Positions 51,347-63,535 of a stretch of DNA of 64,000 nucleotides are shown piece after piece (within the stretch, counting starts at the first letter, position 1; each line of letters opens with the position of its first letter). A model generated the notes under the pieces. The model did no database searches. It was given only the letters and a program-made list of their open reading frames with translations, and had not been told where the DNA came from. Source of the DNA: Octopus vulgaris (taxonomy: Eukaryota); NCBI GenBank assembly GCA_951406725.2, contig OX597831.1, forward strand, positions 61,566,001 through 61,630,000. Reading direction: 5' to 3'. Made by a program: the position numbers and the translations under genes.

Positions 51347-51906
51347 GGATATTTTCGGTTTGAGCGGCAGTTTTTTAAAATAATTTCCATTTAACTAAAC
51401 ACTTTTAAACTTCGTATACTGGTAGAATGTGTTTATAAAACATCTTTTTCTCTTGGCTTTATTGAGAAAAGTCTATAGTTTGTAAGATATTTGTTGTCTT
51501 TTTTTTTTTCAATTTCTGCAATTTCAACCAATCACTGATGTCTATTGAGGTAAAAAAAAACATTCTATGCCGTATGAATATGTCCCTGCAATTTCAACCA
51601 ATCACTGATGTCTATTGAGGTAAAAAAAAACATTCTGTGCCGTATGAATATGTCCCTGCAATTTCAACCAATCACTGATGTCTATTGAGGTAAAAAAACA
51701 TTCTGTGCCGTATGAATATGTCCCTCGTTTAAGAAACAGATTGGGTTTATTTACATTTGTGAAGAAAAAAGATACCCTTCCCCCCACCCCTAACCCTAAC
51801 CCTAAAACAGATTGAAATGCAATAGGTCGATACTAGGGTCATAATTATGGGTGACAATTTCATATGACACCACCAGAAAAAACTGCTGTTCAAACCGAAA
51901 AGATCC
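51347..51906. mobile_element. Merlin-like MITE
   Basis: ~29-bp TIRs starting GG and ending CC; perfect 8-bp TSD GCTTGTTG (51339-46, 51907-14). Confidence 0.8.
51516..51724. repeat. 70-bp tandem repeat x3 inside the MITE
   Basis: CTGCAATTTCAACCAATCACTGATG... at 51516, 51586, 51656. Confidence 0.95.
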
Positions 51907-52568
51907 GCTTGTTGAGTACATTATAAAATAGATTCTACAGAATATCTCTTTTCTAGATTAGCGTCTTTTATCACATAGTTTCTTGTGTAGAACTCTAAGT
52001 TTTCCTATTCTTGCCTTTATTTTCTGTCAATGATATTTTGTTTGTGAGTTGTATGTATGTGTGTGTGTGTGTTTGTGTCGGTATCTGTGTGTATCTGTTT
52101 GTGTGAGAGTGAGTATGCGTGTCTTTGTATTAGCTAAAACTTTTATTCACTAAAGGAAAATGTGTCAATCAATCCATTGATATCTCTCAGGATATTTGTT
52201 AATATATCTGTCTAATTAACTGAATTATGTAATTCTCTGTTGATCCTGCTGCTTTTTCTATGTTTTGTTTTTGTGTTATTTTCCTATTTTTAATGATTGG
52301 AAGATATCTGTCTCATAATGATGATTTTAATTATATTTGTTTGCCTTACTTTTCAAACACAAATTATGCATGGGTGATACTTAACTTTAAAATGAAACTG
52401 AAGCAAACTGCTATCTATCTTCTCCATGGTAGACAACTTTAGCAGAAACAAAGCTTGAATGGTACCAATAGAGCAACTTTTCAACGTGAAACCATGTTCT
52501 GAATGGAGTGCAGTTTGCTCTGTTACACCTGTCTGAGGCACAGTGGTCATTGTCAAGTTCTCTTCAGA

Positions 52569-53200
52569 AGTTCTGAGTTCAAATACTGCCGAAGTCGACT
52601 TTGCTTTTCATCCTTTTGGGGTCGATAAATGAAGTACCAGTTATGCACTGGGGTCGATGATATCGACTTAATCCCTTTGTCTGTCCTGGTTTGTCTCCTC
52701 TATGTGCAGTCCCTTGTGGGCAATAAAGAAATAAGAATTGTTAGCATGCCAGGCAAAATGCTTAGCGACATTTCATCTGTCTTAATGTTCTGAGTTCAAA
52801 TTCTCCCGAAATCAACTTTTCCTGTTAACCATTCATGGTTGGCCAGGCAAAATAATTTGTGGCATTTCATCTGTCTTTATGTATTGAGTTCAAATTCTGC
52901 CGAGGTCGACTTTGCCTTACATCATTTCATGGTCGATAAAATAAATACCAATTGAGCACTAGTGTCAGTGTAATCGACTTACCCGCTCCCCTGAACTTGC
53001 TGGGCATGTGCCAAAATTTGAAGCCTATATTTATTCCAGTCCTTTGTATTATGAGTTCAAATACTGTTGAGGTCAATTTTGATTTTCATCCATCAGGGTT
53101 ATTAAAATAACATAGAAATCAAATACTGGTGTTGCTCTAATCAATAACCCCCACTCACCTCCTAAAAAATCTGTAGTTCTGACCTATGTTAGAAATTATT
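52569..53200 (+). mobile_element. Cluster of tandem SINE family C fragments
   Basis: GAGTTCAAA module occurs four times (about 52575, 52792, 52886, 53053). Confidence 0.75.
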
Positions 53201-54579
53201 GTTAACATCTAAAGGATGAATATCAATGCTTTGGCTTTGAAAACTGAGGTTATGAACAAGATACCAAAGATTATGAAATTTAGTTGCTTTTAGCACTTAA
53301 AACACAAAAGCTTTTGTATAATTATAGCCAAAACAGGCAATTGTTTGCATGTATTATCTTCCATACTTTGAATTGTAATTATAAGAGCCTGCTTAAAATG
53401 TTGACTTCAGTTAATTGGTATGATTTTAATATAATTAACGAATTAATAGTTATCTAATAATTATAGTGAATTCAATTAAACGAAGTAAACTATTTATTCA
53501 TTGTGATAATTTATTAATACAATTTATTTATTATTTCTATAACTTTATTATTTTTATCATTTAACCATGTGAGATATTTTTTATTTTCTAATCTAGATAT
53601 ATTGCTACTTAGCCACATGTGATATCATTTCATGTGAAATAAAAACTATTGAATTTCACAGAAGTGCCATCAAAATATTCTTTATGCATTTTTACAAAGA
53701 TGATAGATGCAGTGAGTAACTATAATCTAATGTGAAAAAAAAAAGCAAAAAAACTCGCTCGTATTAAAAACAATAAAACAAAATTTGCTGGAATATTTTC
53801 AGATCCTCTGCTTTGTGTGTTGTTAGATCTGCATATTTAAATATATTTCAATATTCCAACGTAAGATAATCTCTTGGAACTCTTCTAAGCTAAAACTGTT
53901 CGGTTTGCCAGCATAAAAAATAAAAAATATTGTGATTCTCTTTCTCTCTCTCTCTCTCTCTTTCTCTCTCATTCTCTCTCTCTCTTTCTCTCTTTCTTTC
54001 TCCGTCTCTTCTCTTTTTCATTCTTTGTTGTTCTCACTCTCTTTATCTCTCTTCTCATTTCTTGTTTCTATGCCATAATTTATGTCTTTCCTTACTTAAC
54101 TATCTTCATATCTTTTTTTACTCCACTTATCCCTTATTTCCTCTCTAATCCTCTTATTTTTCCTCCCCCACTTTTTTCGTTCCTTTCCCCCCTCATCTAT
54201 TTTTCTCTTTGTTCCATAGTCTTCTCTCTTTCTCACTTCCATAAACTCCTCCAGTAATCTTCCTCTTCTTCTTTTTCCCCTCTCTCATTTACTCTTCTCA
54301 CTTACTTCTAGCTCATATATTTCTGAATCTACCTCGTAGTTAAATTATGAGGCTATATTGAGTAGTGCTTTTTTTTATATATATGAATAGAGGAAGTGTA
54401 ACTCTACCAGCATATTTGAAGACAAACCGCAAAGTGGGAGACCACCAACTGCAGTGACTGACATGATTTATCAGTGTATGGATGAATTAATTTCTATGGA
54501 CAGACAGGACACAAAAGGAAGACCTTACTGGACTACTGATCTGTGGTCACAGTACATTAATTACAAGAGATGGTGGAAG

Positions 54580-54692
54580 GGAAAGAAGGCAAAGTCGACT
54601 TCGGCAGAATTTGAACTCAGAACACGAAGACAAACGAAATGTCTATAAGCTTATCGTCCGGCGTGCTAACGATTCTGCCAGCTCGTCACCTC
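54580..54692 (-). mobile_element. SINE family C head
   Basis: Minus GAGCTGGCAGAATCGTTAGCACGCCGG...GAGTTCAAATTCTGCCGAAGTCGAC. Confidence 0.75.
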
Positions 54693-54706
54693 AAACAATG
54701 TGTGAC

Positions 54707-54804
54707 ACTTACTGTACCTAGGTTTCCCAAGCGGTCACCCATCAAAGCACTAACTAGGCTCGACGTTGCTTAACTTCGGTGATCAGATGAGAACCAGTGC
54801 TTTA
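54707..54804 (-). pseudogene. 5S rRNA-derived sequence, 5'-truncated
   Basis: Minus AAAGCACTGGTTCTCATCTGATCACCGAAGTTAAGCAACGTCGAGCCTAGTTAGTGCTTTGATGGGTGACCGCTTGGGAAACC matches metazoan 5S from about nt 21 on, including A and C boxes. Confidence 0.88.
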
Positions 54805-55051
54805 AGGGTCTCGGTAGAACCTTACTGACTTACTCCTGTCCAACCCATGCTAGCATGGAAAGCGAACATTAAATGATGATGATGATGAAGGCTTTGGATA
54901 CTGGAAAGTGTGTGAAAGATGAGTAGTTCAGATGTTGATAGTCCATTTAAAAGAAAGAAGGGTACATGTCTACCTTGATTTGCTAGAAACATTTGAAGCA
55001 AATGAAAACCTGTTTTGTTTCCCGGTCTGGTGACATGGGATGATGTATACT

Positions 55052-55455
55052 GTTTACTCTCTTTTACTTGTTTCAGTCATTTGACTGCGGCTATTCTGGA
55101 ACACCACCTTTTAGTCGAGCAAATCGACCCCAGGACTTATTCTTTGTAAACCTAGTACTTATTCTATCGGACTCTTTTGCTGAACCGCTAAGTTATGGGG
55201 ATGTAAACACACCAGCATTGGTTGTCAAGCGATGTTAGGGGGACAAACACAAACGTACACACACACACATATATATATATATACATATATACGACAGGCT
55301 TCTTTCAGTTTCTGTCTACCAAATCCACTCACAAGGCTTTGGTCAGCCCGAGGCTATAGTAGAAGACATTTGCCCAAGGTGCCACGCAGTGGGATTGAAC
55401 CCGGAACCATGTGGTTCATAAGCAAGCTACTTACCACACAGCTACTCCTATGCCT
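55052..55455 (-). mobile_element. SINE family A, full length
   Basis: Reverse complement of the family A consensus. Confidence 0.92.
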
Positions 55456-55469
55456 ATGCATATCTTTAT

Positions 55470-55990
55470 GATTCAGAAATGAAGATTCAGTTCATGAAAT
55501 GGTATAACACCCCTTCTCCAATACCTAAGAAGTCCGAGAGCAGGAAGTCATGGTAACTGTTTTGGAAGACGTCATTCTGTTTGATTTTTCTAGTACATGG
55601 TTGTATTGTGAACAGCAGGCAAGTACTCTGAGTTACTTAAAAAGGATAGAAAATTGATTAGGTCGTAAACAATTCTCACTGCTCAAAGTAATGCCTGACC
55701 ACACAAATTTTTGGCAGCAAAATTAGTAATTGACAAATTGAAATGGTCAGTAGTCACCCATCCCTCATACAGTCCAGATTCAGCACCCTCAAATATATCC
55801 CCTACTCAGTTCAAAGAAAGAAAGTCTTCAAGGAAAATAATTTCATGGCACAAAGGAAGTGAAAATGTCTGTGAAGAAATGAATACAACAGCATATACCA
55901 AATTATTTACAAAGAGGTTTGAGAGCTGGTTTCTATGATAGATCAAATACACTGCTTGTGATGGAAACTATGCTGAATAGTACCTTTGTA
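55470..55990 (+). mobile_element. Decayed mariner transposase fragment
   Basis: AGSHGNC/KVMVTV-like segment, NA*PH, LKWSVVTHPSYSPDSAPS. Confidence 0.65.
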
Positions 55991-56601
55991 TAGAGAGAGT
56001 TACTCTATCAACATATGAAATTTGAATTGACCTAGGTCAGTTAATAAAAAAAATTATGTCCACTTTTGCATTTCTTTCAGTTTAACCATCATATTTTATC
56101 TCTATGTATTTCTCACTATCTCATTTCCTGTCTCCTCCCGTCTCTAACCCACCAGACTCTCACACTCAAATAATTTCTTAGAACTATGAATTAATTTTCA
56201 TATCTATATACACAGCAATATTCTCTCTACTTTCATACTAATTAATCAATACATTGCCATAAATTTGTAAACTAATATCATTAAACTAATTTATTAATTT
56301 ACTTTATCACTTAGATTAAAACCATAGTTTCATCATGTCTTCTATTAATTAAATCTCAACTTTGGAGAGGTAAAAAACTAATATTAATTAGACACTGAAA
56401 GTAGGTCATTGTTGACTCAGCAATAACATACTATGTTACATGTATGTATTTTCATCCACCTTGAAAAATAGCAGCCAAATATTTGAAATTGGCACTTAGA
56501 AGAACATAGTGATCTAAGTTCTGAAAGATACGTGTTAGACTATACATTGCTAGGAAGGAGTAATGAGAATGAAACATGTTCATACTAGTCACTGTACTTA
56601 T

Positions 56602-56905
56602 GTGGAGGCACATGGTCTAGTGGTTAGAGCAGCAGACTTGCGGTCGAGGGATTGCGGGTTCGAATCTTAGACTGGGCGATATGTGTGTTTAAGAGCAAAA
56701 ACACCTAAGCTCCACATGGCTCCGACAGAAGGTAATGGCGAAACTTCTGCTGACTCTTTCACCACAACTTTCTCTCACTCTTTCCTCCTGCATCTTGCAG
56801 CTCACCTGTGATGGACTGGCATCCTGTCCAGGTGGGGAACCTATCCGCCAAGAAACCGGGAAACCGGCCCTCATGAGCCAGGCATGGCTTTAGAAGGAAC
56901 AAACA
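56602..56905 (+). mobile_element. tRNA-derived SINE, family B with tail type 2
   Basis: Perfect 20-bp TSD ATACTAGTCACTGTACTTAT (56582-56601, 56906-56925); GGTTCGAATC B box. Confidence 0.95.
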
Positions 56906-58121
56906 ATACTAGTCACTGTACTTATCAACAATCTGTCCCTGCCCCACCACACTCTACTTGATTCCTAGCCAGTTCTCTTCTTTGTCTTCCACAGCAAAAA
57001 TTATCATTAACACTAATGTTTCTCTTCCCGACAAGTATAATTTTATTTGATTAATTTTTTTTTTCTTTCCTTTTCTTTATTTTTATACTAACTACATTAG
57101 TTTGTACTTAGTTGTATACATTGTAGTGCTTTTATTCTGATACTGCATTATCTCTGTCACTTCTTCCTCCATCACAGAATAAAAGAAACAATTCTGTTTT
57201 GCTTTTTTTTTATCTCTTGACCATTCTAGATTTTTCCACCATCACTTTCAAATATTTTGTTACAGATGTATAATTTAATTATATTTCTATTGTGAATTGA
57301 AATAAATTCATTCCCAATACTGCAGGCTCTAAATGTCTGAACTCTTGCAACGCCGTATTTTTGTATATTTTGTATTATTATATTGCGTATATATGAGAAG
57401 TGTGTATAATTTGTTTATATCATATCTATTCAGCTAACACAATATAGCTATTTAGAATTTTATTTTATTAATCTGATGTTTTATTTATCTGATGTTATCT
57501 GCTTACACAGAAGCATGATGGAAATAATTACAATAAAAGCAAAATAAACAAACGAGAAACTGGTGGTCAAATTGATACTGCTTCTCCTCTAAGCAGGATA
57601 AAGTTACTGCAATAAAATAACATTTGTATTGTTAGATATTGTATGAGAAAGGTTTATCTACATTATTTAATGCCATGTATCTACAACAAAAGTTTGAATG
57701 ATCTGCTTCTTTTATTTGCTGTCAGTACTGGAAGGTGTTTTTGCTTTTGTTGTTTTATTCCTTTTTTAGGGATCCGTTGAGCTAGAAGTTATATTGGCAG
57801 TTATTTGATAACCAATGTTCCTAAATGTGACAGCAACTGTCACTTAATTATCTTCACTGGGATTATGAAGTTGGTTGGTTGCTGGAAGAAAGATCAATAA
57901 ATATATGACTCAAAATCATTTGTATTTTGGCTTGCTATATATCATTATTTCTTGTATGAAGTACAATTCTTAGCTTAAACATACGTAAAGACATATTTTT
58001 AAAATGTAATAAACACATAGATGCACAATATGGTTTTATACAAATCAAATGATATGCCATTAAAAACTATGCAAGAGCTATTTACAAATTTATACAAATG
58101 GAAAGGTTTTAAAAACAAATA

Positions 58122-58359
58122 TATTTCTTTCTTTACTACCCACAAGGGGCTAAACACAGACGGGACAAACAAGGACAGACAAACGGATTAAGTCGATTAT
58201 ATCGACCCTAGTGCGTAACTGGTACTTAATTTATCGACCCCGAAAGGATGAAAGGCAAAGTCAACCTTGGCGGAATTTGAAGTCGGAACGTAACGACAGA
58301 CGAAATACGGCTACGCATTTCGCCCGGCATGCTAACGTTTCTGCCAGCTCGCTGCCTTC
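58122..58359 (-). mobile_element. SINE family C, full length
   Basis: Reverse complement of 50872-51105; flanking ACAAATAT repeats. Confidence 0.9.
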
Positions 58360-58414
58360 CACAAATATGATATTATTTGTGTAAACATGTGTGTGTGTGT
58401 GTGTGTGCATGTAT

Positions 58415-59300
58415 ATAGAAGGTGCATTGAAAACTTACCGGACTTTATTTTTTCCCACCAAAACTAATTCTACTCGGGCAAAATCCTTTGGGTGGAAGCT
58501 GATGCCCCATTTTCAGTGCATACAGGAAAACTTTTGCACTGGTAGGCTTTGTGAATTCCAAGCTGTTACACCTAGAGTGCAGATGTGTTGTGCATGCTCG
58601 CTGGATTTTCGTCTACACACAAGATGACCAAACAGATATTGCATCAAGTTTTGCCAAGAGGTTGGTGATAGGCAAGCTCAAAATATCCTGAAAATTCAGC
58701 AGGCCTTTGACAGTGATGCCGTGGGAAAAACTCACATCATGGAGTGGTGATACAACTGCTTGAAACATGACTGCACCTCAGTAAAGAGTGAGGCATGCTC
58801 AGGCAGGCCAACCACCAGCTGAAATGAGAAGTTGATTGAATAGGCTTGGTGATTAGTCATGGAAGGAAGTTATGTAAACAATCCAAGAAATTGCTCACCA
58901 AGTGAGAATAAGCAGAGGATCAGGCATTCCATCTTAATAGGGGATTTGTGCATGCAGAGTGTGTCAGAAAATTCATCCTCAAGGTGCTGGCAGAGCAGCA
59001 AAAGCAGCTCTCTGTGGAAATTGCTCAGGATATACTGGATTGTGCAAACCACAGCTCAGACTTCATGGAGACTATCATCACTGGTGATGAGATACGGGTT
59101 TATGGTCTCTGCTCAATGCACTCAGGCATCTTACATGAAAACATTTGGCAATTGTGCACTACACATCTGTGCTCTAGGCATAACAGCCAGAAAATGACAT
59201 GGCCTCCTGGAGTAAAAATTTTAATGCATGCACAGAAAGGGTGGTGTCACCACCCACCCAAAGGAGTGACCACACAGCACTAGTTTTGTCAGAAAAAATA
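58415..59300 (+). mobile_element. Decayed mariner element
   Basis: YCIKFCQEVG, SGRPTTS, KFILKVL, FMETIITGDE. Confidence 0.8.
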
Positions 59301-59462
59301 AATAATAATACTAATTAAATTATTGTATACAGTGCTCAGGTGCACCACAACTTGTCAAAAGTGCGTATAAAGCATATGCAGTAATGTACAAATGTCTGGA
59401 AAGCGAACAGGAGGCCATGTCATTTTCTGGCTGTTATGCCTAGAGCACAGATGTGTAGTGCA
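59155..59462. repeat. Perfect 55-bp inverted repeat (59155-59209 / 59408-59462)
   Basis: 55/55 reverse-complement match by manual alignment. Confidence 0.93.
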
Positions 59463-59827
59463 TGAAAAATCCAAGGAAATCCATGTTCAAATCACAAAGC
59501 CACTATATACTGGAAATAAATGAAAGACTTCAAGAACACAAGAGCAAGAGTGGATCAAGTGGATGTAATGTACATAATTCTGTGTGTAATTATGTGTGAG
59601 TGCAATATTTAGGACTGTGTGTATATGTGTGTGTGTGTTTAACTTGATCTTTAGCTATGTGGTAGTAGTAGTTGTCTTAGTGTAAGTATAGTAAAGTTTT
59701 ATATATATGGATAGTGCATCTATGAGTGTGTGTGTGTCTGTATGTGTGTGTGCACGTGTGTGTGTCTGTATATGTGTGTGCACGTGTGTGTGTGTGTTGT
59801 TTTGTCTAGTAGTGTGTAGACAAGACA

Positions 59828-60052
59828 ACTGGCAGAATCGTTAGCACACCAGGCGACATGCTTAGCGAAAATTTCATCTGCCGTTACGTCCCGAGTTCAA
59901 ATTCCGCCGAGGTCGACTTTGCCTCTCATTCTTTTGGGGTTGATAAATTAAGTACTAGTTACGCACTGGGGTCAATATAATCGACTTAATCCGTTTATCT
60001 GTCTTTGTTTGTCCCCTCTGTGTGTAGCCCCTTGCGGGCAGTAAAGAAAGAA
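59828..60052 (+). mobile_element. SINE family C
   Basis: Homologous to 50872-51105. Confidence 0.88.
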
Positions 60053-60422
60053 GTGTACACACATGCATATGTAAGTTTGTGATAATTTTAAGTGTTTTCA
60101 CATGTATTTATTATTTGAACACATGTGTATGTTGGCTTTAATGTAGTATGTGGTCACTCTCTGCTTTGAAGTTTCTTTGCTTGCGATGTTTTTTTGAATG
60201 TATGAGTAGTGATACTGAGAGTGATTGGTAGCATAGTATGCATTTATATATAGAACCTCTAGAAGGCCTTTCATCTTACTAGAAGTAGCAGCCAAATCTT
60301 CATCAAATCTTACTTTATTGTACTAAAAAATACATTTCAAAATCTCTATCCGTAAGAAAGCCCCAATACTGCAGTATTCATCTTGAGAGAGTATCAGTAT
60401 AGACGTAGCCCACTAGCTATTT

Positions 60423-60719
60423 GTGGAAGCACATGGCCTAGTGGTTAGAGCAGCGGACTCGTGGTCGAGGGATCGTGGGTTTGAATCTCAGACCGGGCGA
60501 TGTGTGTGTTTATGAGCGAAAACACCTAAGCTCCCCGCGGATCCAGCAGAAGGTAATGGCAAACTTCTGCTGACTCTTTTGCCACAACTTTCTCTCACTC
60601 TTTCCTCCTGCATCTTGCAGCTCACCTGTGACAGATTGGCGTCCCATCCAGGTGGAGAACCTATACGCCAAGGAAACCGGGAAACCAGCCCTTATGAGCC
60701 AGGCATGGCTCGAGAAGGA
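60423..60719 (+). mobile_element. tRNA-derived SINE, family B with tail type 2
   Basis: TSD ACTAGCTATTTGTG (60412-25, 60720-33). Confidence 0.93.
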
Positions 60720-61069
60720 ACTAGCTATTTGTGACATCATTGACTTGTTCATCACTTTTTTTCTATATCAATAGCAACAAAATTTGTCTAAGCTTGCAGT
60801 TAATAGAGAACATTTATCACTGGTGATGCACAAATACACAGAAATCCTGTATCAAGTAATTCCACCACCACTGCTGGATGATTTTCATCTGTAACAAATA
60901 CTTCTGTGCTTTCTAGCACTACATGTTTATATTAGATGCTTTCTCAAGACAAATACTACAATTTTGTGGCCATCTTATAGTATATACATATTAAGTAGGA
61001 TATACAAAAGACTATCAACCTATACATTTGAAGTGGTATACACCCAAGAGGAAATGTGTTGAATATACG

Positions 61070-61980
61070 TTTATAAATGAATATACATTTTCTCAGAATC
61101 ACCGATGTTTGAATATAATTGTACACTAATATGTAAATTCTAGAATTTAGGAATGTGCAGGATGTATGGAAGTTTATCTACTGAAAAAATTATGTGACTT
61201 ATACAAACAAAATATCATGAATTCAAGTTTGCTTTTCAAAAAATGCAGTTACAATTGTAACTGATGGAGCAAGTGCTCTGGCTAAATTTGGTAAAACTTT
61301 TAATTGCAATCATCAGCTGTGTTTTGCATGTGTGTCATATTTATCGTTTTTTAGATGTTCTGTACAAGAAAAATAGATAAAACAATAAAAGAAATTGCAA
61401 TGAAGATTATTCATTTAAGTTTAAAGATTAAACTGAACGTGGTTAATAATTACATTGATCTGCAATGGAACTCTGAGCAGAAGACCCAACTACTGAAGGA
61501 AATTTAAGCACTGACATTAAAATAAGTGAAGACAATTGTCATTTCATTTTGTATGTCTTGAATAAAAATGAAATAATTTTAAAATATTTTAAAGAGAAAC
61601 ATGGTGATGATTTGCAATAAATTAATGGTATTACTACAAGATAGAATAATTTATTGTCATTGTAGGAATCATTCCTGTTCTTTAGAAGCGGTATTGCAAC
61701 AGTTATAATCGATATAACGCAACCTTTCAACTTCTCAGACAATGAATTTAATGTTATTCATTCCGTTGGCTCAACTTTGGAACCAAATTAAACTGGAGTT
61801 GAAAAACTAAGTTGAAGAAATATGACCTTGATCACTGCAGAAGACGTATGTTTTTATTCTTGAATAATAATTTGATAAAATTCTCCAATGTTCTTTTTTA
61901 CTGAGAAAATGCATCAAGAAAAGGATTAATCTCCAAAGGAATAAAAAAGCTGATTGGATTGATGAAGTATCTAAATAACC
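61070..61980 (+). pseudogene. hAT-superfamily transposase fossil
   Basis: Stitched across frames: NEYT..NHRCLNIIVH, NLGMCRMYGS, IVTDGASALAKFGK...HQLCFA, TTR*NNLL, GVEKLS.RNMTLITAE, KKLIGLMKYLN. Confidence 0.75.
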
Positions 61981-62379
61981 TTCTTTTAATTGTGGACCAT
62001 ATGACTCATTTCTAATTTTGCCATCAGAACCTTTACAACACAATATCTCAAAGAAACTATATGAAAGATTGTTAATCACTTTTGTCACATGAATTCATTA
62101 CTCCCCTTTCAGTATTTGAACCCATGATAAATGAAGTACTCACTCCATCAAAAGTAATGTCCCCACCACAAGGAATTAAATGTTGTCATTTAACAAAACT
62201 GTTGTAAACAATTGAGACAGCATTCATTCATCTATGATTAAAAATGCTTTGTCAAAGAGATGAAAGGAAACCACTGGACATGGCTAGGTTCCTCTTTCAT
62301 GTCTCTGAAGATGACCGTGTTATCAGCTTTGTATTTTGTAGGTCCTGAGGTGGCTTATTAGGCCTATTTTAGCATGAAA

Positions 62380-63330
62380 TCCACAGTTACAGTGATTGCA
62401 TGTAATAGTAGAGCCAGGACATGATTTCTGTGCAACTCTCTCATTTAACTTTTCTAGTCACATCAAATCCAGAGTGCTGTACTCCAGAATACAGAGCAAA
62501 ATTCCACAGTGTGTTATCATGAGCAAGATGTTCCCAAGTAGACTACTCTTCATTGCTCTTTTGTCAAACTGTCTTGAAGGTGTCTTTGTATTTCTTCCTT
62601 GGTCCGCCACATAACAGAGAACATACTGCTGGTTCACCAAAAAAGACGTGTTGGAGGAGTCTGGAATTGGACATGGATGCTATATTTCCATTTTACCATA
62701 ACTGAAATTTGCATTGGAAAATAGAATCTTGACATATTAGATCTCACAAGCACTGTTGTATTTTTTTTTGGCACGTCTATGATACATTGTCCAGGTTTCA
62801 CAATCATAAAATAGTGTAGTCACCAGAACTTTGTATATGCCAAGCTTTGTTTTTATAGTCAGATCAGGTCTTTTCCTTTTCTTTTATGAAGATGCACAAT
62901 GCTAACACCTTTGAAATTTTGTGGAATTAGTTCATGTGTCATCATTGTAGTAAATAGAGTGAGTAGTTTTACCGGTATTGTCTGTTCACCATGTTTTCAA
63001 ATCTCAAAAGAAATTGCTTGGGGACTTTATGATTGGCTAGTCCTTTTGATAGCCAATTGAATTTCCACAAGTGTAAGTAGGTCACTCAGTTGATAGTTAG
63101 TGGGCACCTGAGGTAGCTAGTTTATTGCCTTTACATTTATCTGTGAGGGGTAGAAACAGTTCTTTGTTTTTCTTGACACTATTTATTCAACTTACATAAA
63201 ATCAAAGGAACCATTTCTGCAGCACGGCTCATTGTGATCAAGTTTATGTGGAAACACCATGAACGATAAATCAATATATGCTCCTTGGACAATACTGTCG
63301 GTATCATTGAACTACATTTTGTGATTCAGA
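62380..63330 (-). mobile_element. Decayed RTE LINE fragment
   Basis: MSNSRLLQHVF..E......GGPRKKYKDTFK; KLGIYKVLVTTLFYDCETW. Confidence 0.7.
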
Positions 63331-63385
63331 AAAAAATATTTATTTTTGTCATAAATTGTTTAGAGTTTTCTGTACAAGTATAAAT

Positions 63386-63535
63386 AAGAGGGGCGTTCAA
63401 TAAGCATTGCCTCTGACCCACTTCCCATAGCAGTAGAGCAACAAGACTTGGCACAGTTATTAGTCTTTTTCTACATAGGAACCACTCAGAGTTACGCATT
63501 TCTCCCATCTTTTGATGCAGCTCTGGAGACCGTAT
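63386..63535. mobile_element. Mariner-like terminal fragment
   Basis: TAAGAGGGGCGTTCAATAAG resembles the mariner TIR start TACGAGGG..GTTCAATAAG. Confidence 0.45.

Noticed and set aside
51788-51805. Chromosome end or fusion scar
   Set aside because: Only three CCCTAA units, inside a TSD-flanked MITE
54707-54804. Functional 5S rRNA gene
   Set aside because: About 20 nt missing at the 5' end, several substitutions, no oligo-T terminator, not in a tandem array
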